From positions 1-44,095 of IMG/VR virus record IMGVR_UViG_3300036987_000040: a DNA stretch of 44,095 nucleotides; one strand, 5' to 3'. The position numbers and the translations under genes are program-made. Positions within the stretch are counted from its first letter, which is position 1. Each line of letters starts with the position of its first letter. Below are positions 16,886-27,008 of the stretch, piece by piece. The notes under the pieces were generated by a model, which worked only from the letters and a program-made list of their open reading frames with translations, was not told the DNA's origin and did not search any database. Origin of the DNA: a virus (Duplodnaviria > Caudoviricetes).

Positions 16886-18397
16886 ATGTCGTCGCGCAAC
16901 CCGGAAATCAACCTCAAGCTCCACCGCAAGCAGGCCATCGCCCTCGATACCGAGGCCAACGAGGTGCTGTACGGCGGCGCGGCCGGAGGGGGCAAGTCTC
17001 ACCTGATGCGCGTCGCCGCGATCATGTGGTGCGCATCGATACCTGGCCTGCAGGTCTACCTTTTCCGTCGCATTCGCGACGACCTGATCAAGAACCACAT
17101 GGAAGGCCCCAAGGGCTTTCGGGCAATGTTGGCACCGTGGGTGCTGTGCGGGTTCGTCAAGATCGTCGACGATGAGATAAGGTTCTGGAACGGCTCGCGC
17201 ATCTACCTTTGCCACTGCAAGGACGCCAAGGACGTCTACAAGTACCAGGGCGCCGAAATCCACGTGCTGCTCATCGACGAGCTGACACACTTCACCGAGG
17301 ATATGTACCGCTTCCTGCGCAACCGCCTGCGCATGGTCGGATTGGCGGACAAGATCCCGGAGAAATGGGCAGGGCGCTTCCCCCGCATCCTCGCCGGTGC
17401 CAATCCCGGGAACATCGGGCACCTGTTCGTCAAGCGCACGTTCGTCGAGGGCGCCGATACCTACGAAGCCAAGCGCATGCCCGACGAAGAGGGCGGCATG
17501 CTGCGGCAGTTCATACCGGCGCTGCTCGAGGACAACCCGAGCATGGCGTCAGACGATCCGATGTACGAGGGGCGCCTCAAGGGCCTAGGGTCTGAGGCCC
17601 TTGTTCGGGCGATGCGTTATGGCGATTGGGACATCATCGAGGGCGCGTTCTTCGACTGCTGGGATTCAAACCGGCACGTGGTGCGCCCGTTCACGATCGG
17701 CAGCAACTGGACGCGCTTCCGCTCGATGGACTGGGGCTCTGCCAAGCCTTTTTCGGTCGGATGGTGGGCCGTGGTGCCAGATCAGATGACGGTCGAGAAC
17801 AAGCACGGCCTGCTGGTGATCCTGCCGCGGGGCTGCCTGGTCAGATACCGCGAGTGGTACGGCGCCAAGAAGCCGGACGTCGGCCTGAAGATGAAGAACG
17901 AGGCCATCGGCGCCGGCATCGTCGAGCGCGAGGCCTTGGACGGCAAGATCGATTACGGCGTGCTCGATACGGCATGCTTCGCCAACAATGGCGGCCCGCC
18001 CATCGAGGAGCAGATGCGCCTTGGGATGACGGCAGAGGCCGCTAAGCGCAACGTGAAGATGATGCCGTTCCGAACGGCCGACAAGACGCGAATAGCAGAT
18101 GTGGGCGCTGCGACAGGCTGGGGCGGTGTTCGCTCACGTCTGATGGGTGACGACGACGGCAACCCGATGATCGTGTGTTTTTCGACCTGCCACGATTCCA
18201 TCCGCACCATCCCGGCACTGCAGCACGACGCCAACAGGCCGGAAGACATCGACACGGACGGCGAGGACCACGCGGCGGACGAATGGCGTTACGCGTGCGC
18301 CTCGCGGCCTTGGGTGCGCAAGACGTCGGAACCGCCACCGAAGAAACCGAACGACTACAAGGCAGCCAGAGACGAGGGGGCAGACAGTTGGCGATGA
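16886..18397 (+). CDS. terL: Terminase large subunit
   Basis: YGGAAGGGKS, LLIDE, ANPG, SMDWG, DHAADEWRY. Confidence 0.95.
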   Translation: MSSRNPEINLKLHRKQAIALDTEANEVLYGGAAGGGKSHLMRVAAIMWCASIPGLQVYLFRRIRDDLIKNHMEGPKGFRAMLAPWVLCGFVKIVDDEIRFWNGSRIYLCHCKDAKDVYKYQGAEIHVLLIDELTHFTEDMYRFLRNRLRMVGLADKIPEKWAGRFPRILAGANPGNIGHLFVKRTFVEGADTYEAKRMPDEEGGMLRQFIPALLEDNPSMASDDPMYEGRLKGLGSEALVRAMRYGDWDIIEGAFFDCWDSNRHVVRPFTIGSNWTRFRSMDWGSAKPFSVGWWAVVPDQMTVENKHGLLVILPRGCLVRYREWYGAKKPDVGLKMKNEAIGAGIVEREALDGKIDYGVLDTACFANNGGPPIEEQMRLGMTAEAAKRNVKMMPFRTADKTRIADVGAATGWGGVRSRLMGDDDGNPMIVCFSTCHDSIRTIPALQHDANRPEDIDTDGEDHAADEWRYACASRPWVRKTSEPPPKKPNDYKAARDEGADSWR

Positions 18398-18406
18398 AGG
18401 GACACA

Positions 18407-20524
18407 ATGCTCGCTGACGCCGCCCAGGCTATCGACAAGACCGGTCTCGATGCCACGGCAGAGCCGCAGGGGCAGGCGACGCCGGCCGATGTGCGCCGCT
18501 ACTGGCGCTATCTGCGCTCATTCGAGACGGCGAAGGACGCCGAACTCAAAGAGGGCGCCACCCACTCGAAGTATTACCACGACAAGCAGTGGACCGACGC
18601 GGAGAAGAAGAAGCTCAAGAAGCGCAACCAGCCTGAGGTCGTCGACAACCTCATCAAGCGCAAGATCGACTTCCTCGTCGGCGTCGAGCAGCGCATGCGC
18701 CGCGATCCTCAGGCCTACCCGCGCACACCAAAGCACGAGCAGGATGCGGACGTGGCGACGGCCGGCATACGCTTCGTCTGCGACCAGAACCGCTGGGACA
18801 ACCTCTCCTCCGAGGGTATGCACCACGGCCTTGTGCAGGGCAAGGGCTTCGCCTGGATCGGCATCACGAACGGGCCCAAAGGCAATGATGTGGCGATCGA
18901 AATCTGCGATCCCGGCCGTGCCTTCTATGACCCGCGCTCGATCAAGCCGGACTTCTCCGATGCCCGCTATATGGGCGTGCAGCTCTGGCAGGATGTCGAC
19001 GAGGTCAAGGAAGCGCACCCGGACAAGTCGGCGGAAATCGACAAGCTGGCGGATGGCTCATCCTCACCGTCGAGCCGCATCGCCATTCCGGCCGATAACG
19101 ACCAGGACTTGCAATGGACCGACCTCGATGCCCGCCGTGTGCGCATCGTCGAGATATACGAAAAGCGCCTCGCCCCGCCGATGATGAAGGCGGTGTGGTA
19201 CTACTGCAAATTCTCCGGCGATGTCGTGCTGCAGTCGATGATCTCGCCCTACCAGGACGAGTACGGCCAGCCGGCCTGCCCGTATGAGGCCTGGAGCCCG
19301 TACATTGATGAAGCGGGCGTGCGCTATGGTCTCATCCGCACCATGCAGACGATGCAGGACGAGGTGAACCACCGGCGCTCCCGTGCGCTGCACGAGCTGA
19401 ACAACCGGCAGACGTTCTCGAACACGCCCGGCGCCGTCGATGACGTCGAAGCCCTCAAGGCTGAAATCAACAAGCCTGACGGGCATCTCAGCTTCAATGC
19501 TGGCGAGTGGAACAAGACCGTCGGCATCGTCGACCGCACCAACCAGCTCAAGGGCCAGCTGGAAATGCTGCAGCAGTCCATCCAGCGGATGGAGAACTAC
19601 GGGCCGAACCCAGGGCTGATCGGGCAGGGTGGTGGCGTAGCGGATCAGTCTGGCCGGGCCATACTCGCGCAGCGCGACAGCGGCATGACGGAATTGTCCC
19701 CCGTGTTCGAGCGCCAGCGCAATTGGAAGCTCAGGGTCTACCGCGCCATCTGGGCCCGCATTCGTCAGGCTTGGACCGCGGAGCGCTGGATCGCCATTAC
19801 CGATGAGGAATCGGACGTTCAGCATCTGCCCATCAACCAGTATCAGATGGTGATGGATCCCGAGACCGGGCAACCGCGCATCTCGGCACAGAACGTCGTG
19901 GCTCAGATCGACGTCGACATCATCCTCGACGAAGGCCCAGACACGATCGTGATGCAGGAAGAGTTGATGCAGACGCTTTCGCAGCTCGGCAATACGCCGC
20001 CGCAGCTATGGAAGGTGTTCGTCGAGCTTTCCCAGGTCAACCGTAAGGATCAGTTGATCAAGATGATCGACGAGGCCATGGCGCCGCCGCCCGATCAGGC
20101 GGAGATGGCTGCCAAGATGGCCCGCATCGAGCAGATGTTGGCATCGATCAAGGTGGACGGCGAGGCCGCAAAGGTCGAAAAGACGCGCGCCGACACGATC
20201 TCGACGCTGCTGACCGCGTTTACCCCGCAGGCGCCGCAGACGCACGAGGACAAGCTGACGGGACAGGTGACGCAGCTACCCGCCGCACCGCCGCCCGACA
20301 TCAATGCCGCCCTGCAAGCCATGCAGCTGTTCCCGCTGACGTACCCGAACCCGACGATCGGAGAGCAGGACCAGGCAGAAGCGATGCAGCCGCAGATGCC
20401 GCAAGGCCCGATGGATGGCGGACAGCTTCAGGAAACGCCGCAAGGTGGCCCGCCGATGCCTCAACCGGGCATGCTGCCGCCACCGGGACAGCCAATGCCA
20501 GGAGGAATGCCAGTTGGACCGTGA
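18407..20524 (+). CDS. Portal protein (P22-like)
   Basis: 705 aa after terL; QWTDAEKKKLKKRNQPEVVDNLIK; YDPRSIKPDFSDARY; Pro/Gln-rich tail. Confidence 0.92.
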   Translation: MLADAAQAIDKTGLDATAEPQGQATPADVRRYWRYLRSFETAKDAELKEGATHSKYYHDKQWTDAEKKKLKKRNQPEVVDNLIKRKIDFLVGVEQRMRRDPQAYPRTPKHEQDADVATAGIRFVCDQNRWDNLSSEGMHHGLVQGKGFAWIGITNGPKGNDVAIEICDPGRAFYDPRSIKPDFSDARYMGVQLWQDVDEVKEAHPDKSAEIDKLADGSSSPSSRIAIPADNDQDLQWTDLDARRVRIVEIYEKRLAPPMMKAVWYYCKFSGDVVLQSMISPYQDEYGQPACPYEAWSPYIDEAGVRYGLIRTMQTMQDEVNHRRSRALHELNNRQTFSNTPGAVDDVEALKAEINKPDGHLSFNAGEWNKTVGIVDRTNQLKGQLEMLQQSIQRMENYGPNPGLIGQGGGVADQSGRAILAQRDSGMTELSPVFERQRNWKLRVYRAIWARIRQAWTAERWIAITDEESDVQHLPINQYQMVMDPETGQPRISAQNVVAQIDVDIILDEGPDTIVMQEELMQTLSQLGNTPPQLWKVFVELSQVNRKDQLIKMIDEAMAPPPDQAEMAAKMARIEQMLASIKVDGEAAKVEKTRADTISTLLTAFTPQAPQTHEDKLTGQVTQLPAAPPPDINAALQAMQLFPLTYPNPTIGEQDQAEAMQPQMPQGPMDGGQLQETPQGGPPMPQPGMLPPPGQPMPGGMPVGP

Positions 20525-20870
20525 AGCTGAATTGCGCCTCGAATGCCTCAGGATCGCACGCCAAGAGGGCGCGCAGGGTAGCGCTCTGATCGAGCGTGCC
20601 GGAGAACTCTACGCCTTCTGCAACGGGGAAGCGCCAACGAAGGCAATCAAGCCGATACTCCCGCCAGGTGATTGGGTGCTGCACCCAATCACGCCGGTGC
20701 AACCAGACCCAACAGACGCCGCATGGGACGCCGTAGAGGCCAAGCTGAAGGCGCAGCAGTGGACCCCGGAAGAGCAGGCGGTCATCAAATCGCGCATGCC
20801 CATCGCCAAGGCAGTCGGCAAGGACGGCACCTTCGACAAGCCGTTCAGCGATTATCTGAAGGAAGAGTAG
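20514..20870 (+). CDS. Hypothetical protein
   Basis: TTG start after GGAGG; ELRLECLRIA motif. Confidence 0.6.
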   Translation: MDREAELRLECLRIARQEGAQGSALIERAGELYAFCNGEAPTKAIKPILPPGDWVLHPITPVQPDPTDAAWDAVEAKLKAQQWTPEEQAVIKSRMPIAKAVGKDGTFDKPFSDYLKEE

Positions 20871-20872
20871 CC

Positions 20873-21079
20873 GTGGCAGACGACGACAAGCCACTTGATA
20901 AGGCCGAAGTGCTCCGCCGGGTGAACGTGCTGCGTGAGGGCAATCAAATGTCCCGCGCCGCGTTCGGCAAACTCGTCGAGGTCCGTTGGCGCGGCGACAG
21001 TCTTCGCATAGCCACGACCAAGCACACGATTTTCATCTCCAAGGAACACTGGGATTATCTTGGGGAACAGCGACTTTAG
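20873..21079 (+). CDS. Hypothetical protein
   Basis: GTG start 2 nt after the previous stop. Confidence 0.55.
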   Translation: MADDDKPLDKAEVLRRVNVLREGNQMSRAAFGKLVEVRWRGDSLRIATTKHTIFISKEHWDYLGEQRL

Positions 21080-21091
21080 TAGCCGTGCGTC

Positions 21092-21174
21092 TCGCGCGGG
21101 CAGCGCGTCATCTGCCCATCGCCTCACTCGAGCGCATCGAGTGTTCCTCGTGACCAGCAAACGACATTGCGGAG
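21092..21174 (+). promoter_or_regulatory. Three tandem hairpin/pseudoknot units abutting the scaffold RBS
   Basis: Stems GGGCAG/CTGCCC, CACTCGA/TCGAGTG and GCAA/TTGC, each preceded by TCG(C/T) complementary to its loop. Confidence 0.55.
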
Positions 21175-21182
21175 AGTGACCC

Positions 21183-22040
21183 ATGACGACTGACCAGTCG
21201 GCATCGCTAGATGCTGCAATCACCGACGTATTCTCGACAGGACGCGACAGAGGCGGCAATTCCGCGCCGTCTGAAACCCAAGCCCCGGCCGAGCCCGCTG
21301 CAGCTTCACCGCCAGCAGCCGAAGCAACGCCGCCGGCCCAGGTTCCTCCGACAGAGGCCGTCGACCCCAACACTGGTCGCATGGTTCCGCTCACCGAACT
21401 CACCAACGAGCGCAAAAAGCTCAAAGGTGAGCGCGATGAAGAACGGCGGCTGCGCATGGAAGCCGAGGCTCGCGCCAAGGTCTACCAGGAGCAGTTCGAA
21501 GCGGCTCGTCGTCAGCCGCCGCCGCAGGCACCCCAACCGCGTCAGCCTATCCGCATCCCCGATCCTGTTACCGACCCGGAGCAGTACGCCCGCTTCGTCC
21601 ACCAGACCGCCGAAGAGCGCATCGAAGCCGCTCGTCTCGACGCTTCGGAGGACCGTGCGCGGGAAAAATACGGCGACGAGATCGTCAACCAGGCCCTCAA
21701 CGCAGCCCAGCAGGCTGGCCTCGTCGGCCACCCGCAGCTGCTCCAGCAGCGTCACCCTTGGGGCGCGATGGTGGAGTGGTTCAAGCAGCAGAAGGCTTTG
21801 CAGACGATCGGCTCCGACCCGGAAGCCTACGCCAACAAGATCAGGGAAGAGGAGCGCGCCAAGGTTCTCGCAGAACTGAAGGCGGGCAACGGTCCTACGG
21901 CAGGGGTGCCGCAACAGTTCCCGGGAACGCTCGCTTCGGCAACGCAGCAGGGCGCCACCGGTCAGATCACCAAAAACCTTGAGGCTGCAACTTCAGACGT
22001 GTTTGCCCCGGACCGAAAGGCGAGGGGAATGCGTCGCTGA
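21183..22040 (+). CDS. Capsid scaffolding protein
   Basis: Between portal and capsid genes; VPLTELTNERKK coiled-coil; PDPVTDPEQY. Confidence 0.88.
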   Translation: MTTDQSASLDAAITDVFSTGRDRGGNSAPSETQAPAEPAAASPPAAEATPPAQVPPTEAVDPNTGRMVPLTELTNERKKLKGERDEERRLRMEAEARAKVYQEQFEAARRQPPPQAPQPRQPIRIPDPVTDPEQYARFVHQTAEERIEAARLDASEDRAREKYGDEIVNQALNAAQQAGLVGHPQLLQQRHPWGAMVEWFKQQKALQTIGSDPEAYANKIREEERAKVLAELKAGNGPTAGVPQQFPGTLASATQQGATGQITKNLEAATSDVFAPDRKARGMRR

Positions 22041-22087
22041 TGCGTACCCGCGGCCTCGTGATCCATCCCTGACACGAGGAAAAAGCA

Positions 22088-23215
22088 ATGGCATCCACTT
22101 CAGTCCTAGCCGGTCTCGACCTTACCAAATGGTCGCCGAAGTTCCTGACCGAATACATCAGGAAGTCGGGTTTCGAGCCCTACATGGGCACGTCCGAAGA
22201 CGACATCATCCAAGTCAAGATGGACTTGCAGACCAGCGGTTTCACTATCCGCATCCCGCTCGTCGGGCGTCTGCAAGGCGCCGGCGTCACCGGCAACAGC
22301 CCGCTCTCCGGCAACGAAGAGCAGCTCGACCAGTACTACCAGGACATCGCCTGGGACTTCTATCGTCACGCCATGACGGTGACGAAGTACGACCAGGAGA
22401 AGTCGGCGGTCGATCTCGTCGGGCAGTTCCGCCCATCGCTCAAGAACTGGGCGGCGGAGATGCACAAATATCAGATCATCGATTGCCTCCATACGACCTC
22501 TGGCGGCCTCAAGTTCTCGGCCTCAGATGCCACGGCCCGCAATCTGTGGATGAACAACAACGCCGACCGCGTGCTGTTCGGCGCAACGGTCGCCAACGCG
22601 GTCTCCGGCGTTCACGCAACGGCGCTCGCTCTTGTCGACAACACCGACGACAAGTTGTCGACCCCCATCGCTTCGCAGGCCCGCTTCATGGCCCGCACGG
22701 CGAACCCGCACATCCGGCCTTACAAGACCGAGGATGGTCGGGAGTTCTACGTGATGTTCTGCAATCCGCTCGCGTTCCGCGACATCAAGCGGGATTCGGC
22801 AATGATTCAGGCTAACCGCGATGCACGGCCGCGCGATGTCGCCAACAACCCGCTGTTCCAGGACGGCGACCTGATCTACGACGGCATCATCTTCCGTGAG
22901 ATCCCGGAATTCTACCAGCCGCGCGTGGGCGACACGGCGACTCTCCCGAATCCGGAGACGACCTTCAACAACACGACGCCGATTCAGGTCTGCGCCAACT
23001 TCCTCTGCGGTGCGCAGGCACTCGGCAAGGTGATGAAGCAGGCTCCGATGCCGACTGTGAAGTCGGAAGACGACTACGGCTTCGTCAAGGGCGTCGGTAT
23101 CGAGATGGCGCACAACTACTCGAAGCTGCGCTGGAACAACGCCGGCACGCCCAACAATGCCGGCACCGTGAAGGACGTTGGCATCGTCACCGTCTACACC
23201 GCAGCCGTGGCCTAA
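22088..23215 (+). CDS. Major capsid protein (N4-gp56/DUF4043-like)
   Basis: GVTGNSPLSGNEEQL, RPRDVANNPLF, DYGFVKGVGIE; follows the scaffold gene. Confidence 0.92.
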   Translation: MASTSVLAGLDLTKWSPKFLTEYIRKSGFEPYMGTSEDDIIQVKMDLQTSGFTIRIPLVGRLQGAGVTGNSPLSGNEEQLDQYYQDIAWDFYRHAMTVTKYDQEKSAVDLVGQFRPSLKNWAAEMHKYQIIDCLHTTSGGLKFSASDATARNLWMNNNADRVLFGATVANAVSGVHATALALVDNTDDKLSTPIASQARFMARTANPHIRPYKTEDGREFYVMFCNPLAFRDIKRDSAMIQANRDARPRDVANNPLFQDGDLIYDGIIFREIPEFYQPRVGDTATLPNPETTFNNTTPIQVCANFLCGAQALGKVMKQAPMPTVKSEDDYGFVKGVGIEMAHNYSKLRWNNAGTPNNAGTVKDVGIVTVYTAAVA

Positions 23216-23228
23216 GGAGGACTGAACA

Positions 23229-23690
23229 ATGACAGTTTATCAAACCAACCTCTCGCGGTCCTTCGGCAAGGTCACCGGCCCAGGTATCGCTCGCGCCAAG
23301 CACTCGCTGGTGGCCATCGTCGCCATGGCTGTGGCCATGACCGACAACGCCAACGACGAAGTGGGCCTGTTCGTCGCCCCGAAGGGTTTCGTCGTCACGG
23401 GCATGACGGTATCGGCATCGGACATGGATTCATCGACCGGCCTTGCCATCGATATCGGCATCGTCGGCACGGAAGCACTGTTCGTGGTTGCTTCGACGGT
23501 TGGCCAGGCGGGCACGCTGTCGACCGCACTCGCACCCGCAGGCCACCTCTACAAGTTCGCGGCCGATACGCAGGTGCGGGCCTTCATCCAGACCGCCGTT
23601 TCGGGCACTGGTTCGGCAGGCACGCTGAAGTTCGAACTCGAAGGCTTCTTCGACACGGGCTTCGACACCACGGCGCTGGTCGCGTCGTAA
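23229..23690 (+). CDS. Putative capsid decoration protein
   Basis: Follows MCP with TAAGGAGG RBS and precedes a terminator. Confidence 0.7.
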   Translation: MTVYQTNLSRSFGKVTGPGIARAKHSLVAIVAMAVAMTDNANDEVGLFVAPKGFVVTGMTVSASDMDSSTGLAIDIGIVGTEALFVVASTVGQAGTLSTALAPAGHLYKFAADTQVRAFIQTAVSGTGSAGTLKFELEGFFDTGFDTTALVAS

Positions 23691-23698
23691 TAGCCAAC

Positions 23699-23731
23699 AA
23701 GGGCCGGGATCGCCTCCCGGCCCTTTCCTTT
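23699..23731 (+). terminator. Intrinsic terminator
   Basis: AAGGGCCGGGA-TCGCC-TCCCGGCCCTT followed by TCCTTT. Confidence 0.75.
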
Positions 23732-23746
23732 CGAGGGGATGACATC

Positions 23747-23971
23747 ATGAAATTCCGCTACAAGGGCGAGACGCCGCTGGTGAACTTCCTCGGCAACGAT
23801 TGGAAGCATGGCTCGGTGCACGACTACACCGACGATTATTCCGTCCGGAAGCTGACCAACAACTCGGCGCTGTTCGAAGCCGCCGAAGGCGCGGCCAAGC
23901 CGGAGAAGTCCAGCAAGGGCAAGGCTCCCAAGCCCGTTGAGGCGCCCGCCTCCGAGCCTGACGCCGCCTGA
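23747..23971 (+). CDS. Small hypothetical protein
   Basis: GAGGGG RBS; Lys/Ala/Pro-rich tail. Confidence 0.75.
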   Translation: MKFRYKGETPLVNFLGNDWKHGSVHDYTDDYSVRKLTNNSALFEAAEGAAKPEKSSKGKAPKPVEAPASEPDAA

Positions 23972-23999
23972 TGGCTAATCCTGGGAGAACGTCTTCGAC

Positions 24000-24368
24000 A
24001 TGACCACCCGCACCCAGGCCGAACTCGCCGCCGCGGTGATGGAGGACATGGGCCTCATCAACACCGGCGACGGGGAAACCCCCTCGGCCGCCGACCAGGC
24101 GATGATCACCCGCAGATACCAGAACCTCTTCGCCGAGATGCAGGACGACCGCATCGTCTACTGGTCTCAGGACGCCATCCCGTTTGAGGCATTCGAGGCG
24201 GTGGTCGGGTTGATGGGCATCATTGTCGGGCCGTCGTTCGGCAAGCCCAAGGTCGCCGAGGGCGAGGCGTTCAACAACGCGCTCGAGGGAGCCAAACGGC
24301 GGGTGCGCAAGTTCGTCGCCAAGCCTGCCTCAGGCCAGCCGGTGGCATCCGAGGACAGCTACTTCTAA
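24000..24368 (+). CDS. Head-tail adaptor (P22 gp4-like)
   Basis: AELAAAVMEDMGLI...GETPSAAD helical pattern; gene position. Confidence 0.75.
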   Translation: MTTRTQAELAAAVMEDMGLINTGDGETPSAADQAMITRRYQNLFAEMQDDRIVYWSQDAIPFEAFEAVVGLMGIIVGPSFGKPKVAEGEAFNNALEGAKRRVRKFVAKPASGQPVASEDSYF

Positions 24369-25798
24369 TGGGCATCGTCCCCATCTCCCTTGGCACCCGC
24401 TCCAACCCCTCCCGTCATGCCAAGCAGGCAGGCAATGCACGCCTGATCAACTGCTTTGCAGAGGAGATCGGGGAGGAGGGCAAGACACCGTGGGTGATCA
24501 CCGCATGTGCGGGATTGTCGGAATTCGGCACCGCGCTCGGGGGCGGCATCCGCGCCATGCTCGAAGCCGACGGCAACCTCTACGTCGTCGCCGGGCAGTT
24601 CGTCTACAAGATCGGCCGCTACGGCGAGCAGACGCAGATCGGATCGATCCAGACCGCCACCAACCCGGTCTACATGCGGCGCAATCGCGCTTCGCCCACC
24701 CAGATCGCCATCGTATCGGACGGCTACTACTACGTCATCACCAACGACAGCATTGCGCAGATCGAAGATGTCGACCTGCCGCCGCCCACCTCGCTCGCCT
24801 ACCTCGACGGCTATGGCGTGCTGCCGGGGATCAACCGCTACATGATCACGTCGGTGGACGATTTCACCGCGATCGATGGTCTGGATGAAGGCACGGCTGA
24901 AGCCGATCCCGACCCCATCGTCAGGGCGCACGAGCTTGGACGTGAGGTATATTTCTTCGGCACCCGCACCACGGAAGCGCACCAGAACACGGGGGATGCC
25001 GATTTCCCGTTCCAGCGCTCGCAGGTGATCGAGGTCGGGCTTGCCGCCGCCGACAGCGTGTGCCCGGTGGATCTGGAGAACGGCCGCGCATTGGTGTTCG
25101 TCGCCCACGATCACACCGTGCGCATGATGGCTGGATATGAGGCCGTGGTGGTGTCGAACGGCGAGATCGCCGATTTGATCCGCCTGCGCGCCGAGGCGGG
25201 CACCATCCAGGACCTGCGCGCCACGTCCTGGTCATGGGGTGGCCGCAGCTTCTACTGCCTCTCCTGCCCCGACTGGACGCGCGTGCTCGATACCAAGACG
25301 CGCTACTGGCACGAGCGTAAGAGCTACCTCGCCGACAACTGGCGCATCGGCGTCGTGGTTCCCTTCGCCGGCAAGCTGATCGCAGGCGACCGCATCACGG
25401 GCCAGCTGTACGAGATGCGCGATGAAATCTACGACGAAGCCGGGGAAGCCCTGGTGGCGGAGGTGATCTTCCCCACGGTGCACATGTTCCCCTATGGCGG
25501 GGTCGTCAACGCGGTGTTCCCGAATATCGTGACCGGTGTGGGCCTCAACACCGCGGCAGCGCAAAACCTGGATCCGGTGGCGCTGTTCGACTGGTCCAAG
25601 GACGGGGGAGACTCGTTCGGGTCGGCGCGCACGATCAAGCTGCACCGGCAGGGACAGACGGGGCGGCGCATTCAGCCGCTGACACGCCTTGGCCGGTTCG
25701 GTCAGAAGGGTATCACCTTCCGCACGCGCATATCTGCCGACGTGAAAAAGGTCATGTTCTCGACCTTCACGGCCGACATCGAGCAGTTGGCGTCCTGA
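24368..25798 (+). CDS. Tail hub / DNA stabilization protein (P22 gp10-like)
   Basis: 476-aa beta-propeller-like sequence; AYLDGY, YFFGTRTTE, WHERKS, WSKDGG. Confidence 0.88.
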   Translation: MGIVPISLGTRSNPSRHAKQAGNARLINCFAEEIGEEGKTPWVITACAGLSEFGTALGGGIRAMLEADGNLYVVAGQFVYKIGRYGEQTQIGSIQTATNPVYMRRNRASPTQIAIVSDGYYYVITNDSIAQIEDVDLPPPTSLAYLDGYGVLPGINRYMITSVDDFTAIDGLDEGTAEADPDPIVRAHELGREVYFFGTRTTEAHQNTGDADFPFQRSQVIEVGLAAADSVCPVDLENGRALVFVAHDHTVRMMAGYEAVVVSNGEIADLIRLRAEAGTIQDLRATSWSWGGRSFYCLSCPDWTRVLDTKTRYWHERKSYLADNWRIGVVVPFAGKLIAGDRITGQLYEMRDEIYDEAGEALVAEVIFPTVHMFPYGGVVNAVFPNIVTGVGLNTAAAQNLDPVALFDWSKDGGDSFGSARTIKLHRQGQTGRRIQPLTRLGRFGQKGITFRTRISADVKKVMFSTFTADIEQLAS

Positions 25799-25799
25799 C

Positions 25800-26333
25800 G
25801 TGGCGAGCAAGGTCGAGCTTACGCAGACAACTCCCATCGTCGACCCAAAGACGGGCCTGCCGACGCAAACCTTTCTGCAGATGTTCAACGGCTCGGTGCG
25901 CGGGCTCAATCAGGTAGGTGACGCGCTCGACGGCGCCATCGACGGCATCGCGGATGAAGCCTCAGACAGTGAAATCCGCTCGGCAACCGGTGACGACTAC
26001 GTGTCCGCCCAGCGGCTTGAAACCGCCGCTGCTGCGGTGGCCCTGACTGATGCCTCTACGGTAGCCGTCGACTGGGATACCGGCATCAACTTCACGCTGA
26101 CGATGGCAGGCAATCATGCCATCGGCAACCCGACCAACGGCATCCCGGGCACGTTCCGCACCATCATCGTCAAGGGTGACGACGCGACCGACCGCACCAT
26201 CACCTTCGGCAACCAATTTCTCGGCGACGTGCCGACGATCACCGACTGCGATTCAGGTGTCTGGTACGCGCTCTACATCATGTGCATCGCCACCGATCAC
26301 TTCGCCGTCTCGGCCAAGAAGGTGAAGGGGTGA
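25800..26333 (+). CDS. Tail needle or short fibre protein
   Basis: PIVDPKTGLPT N-terminus in the gp26 position; fibre-type C-terminal domain. Confidence 0.7.
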   Translation: MASKVELTQTTPIVDPKTGLPTQTFLQMFNGSVRGLNQVGDALDGAIDGIADEASDSEIRSATGDDYVSAQRLETAAAAVALTDASTVAVDWDTGINFTLTMAGNHAIGNPTNGIPGTFRTIIVKGDDATDRTITFGNQFLGDVPTITDCDSGVWYALYIMCIATDHFAVSAKKVKG

Positions 26334-26995
26334 ACTTCCTTCCCGGGTGGGATGCCTCGGGGTTCATGACCGGGGAGAAGGACGCCGAAATATTCTACCA
26401 GTCGAGCGGCGGCACATCGAGCAACAGCGGTTCGTATAATTTCGGCTCCATCAGTATCGGTGCGGCAGACGCCAAGCGGTATCTTCTGGTGTTCGCCGAC
26501 ATGCAGTTTCTCCTCTCAGGGTCGACGCGCGAGATATTTCTCGACGGGGTGACGCCGGCGTATCTCGTTGGCAACTCGACCTCGGCGCAGAAGTGGCACC
26601 TTGTGGCGTGGCCCACGGGAACGAGCGTTGCGCTCACCATGAGCGCCAGCAACACGATGGCGTATGCCTCCTGGGCGATCTGGTCGGTGTTCTACGTGAA
26701 GAATACCGGTGCCTATACGGACTACAAAGCCTTCGCGGCTTCACCGCAAGATATCAATGTTGCCAAAGGCGGGGTTGCTGCCGCCATGGCGGCACGCGGT
26801 CCGCTCACGAACGCCTCGACCTTCACTTGGGGCGGGCTCACCAAGAACAACGAGTTCCTTACCGGTGCCGGTTCGCCGCGGGTGGGGTACTCGCCGGCCT
26901 CTGGCGCGTTCGTAGCGGCGCAATCACCCCTTTCTGTCAGCTGCGCTCACTCTTCCGGCGGCACCACGTCGGTCACGGCGATTTCTTTGCGATAG
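26330..26995 (+). CDS. Putative fibre-tip or receptor-binding protein
   Basis: GTGA overlap with the previous gene; Ser/Gly/Thr- and aromatic-rich beta protein. Confidence 0.65.
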   Translation: MNFLPGWDASGFMTGEKDAEIFYQSSGGTSSNSGSYNFGSISIGAADAKRYLLVFADMQFLLSGSTREIFLDGVTPAYLVGNSTSAQKWHLVAWPTGTSVALTMSASNTMAYASWAIWSVFYVKNTGAYTDYKAFAASPQDINVAKGGVAAAMAARGPLTNASTFTWGGLTKNNEFLTGAGSPRVGYSPASGAFVAAQSPLSVSCAHSSGGTTSVTAISLR

Positions 26996-27008
26996 GGAGG
27001 AACGTGTC

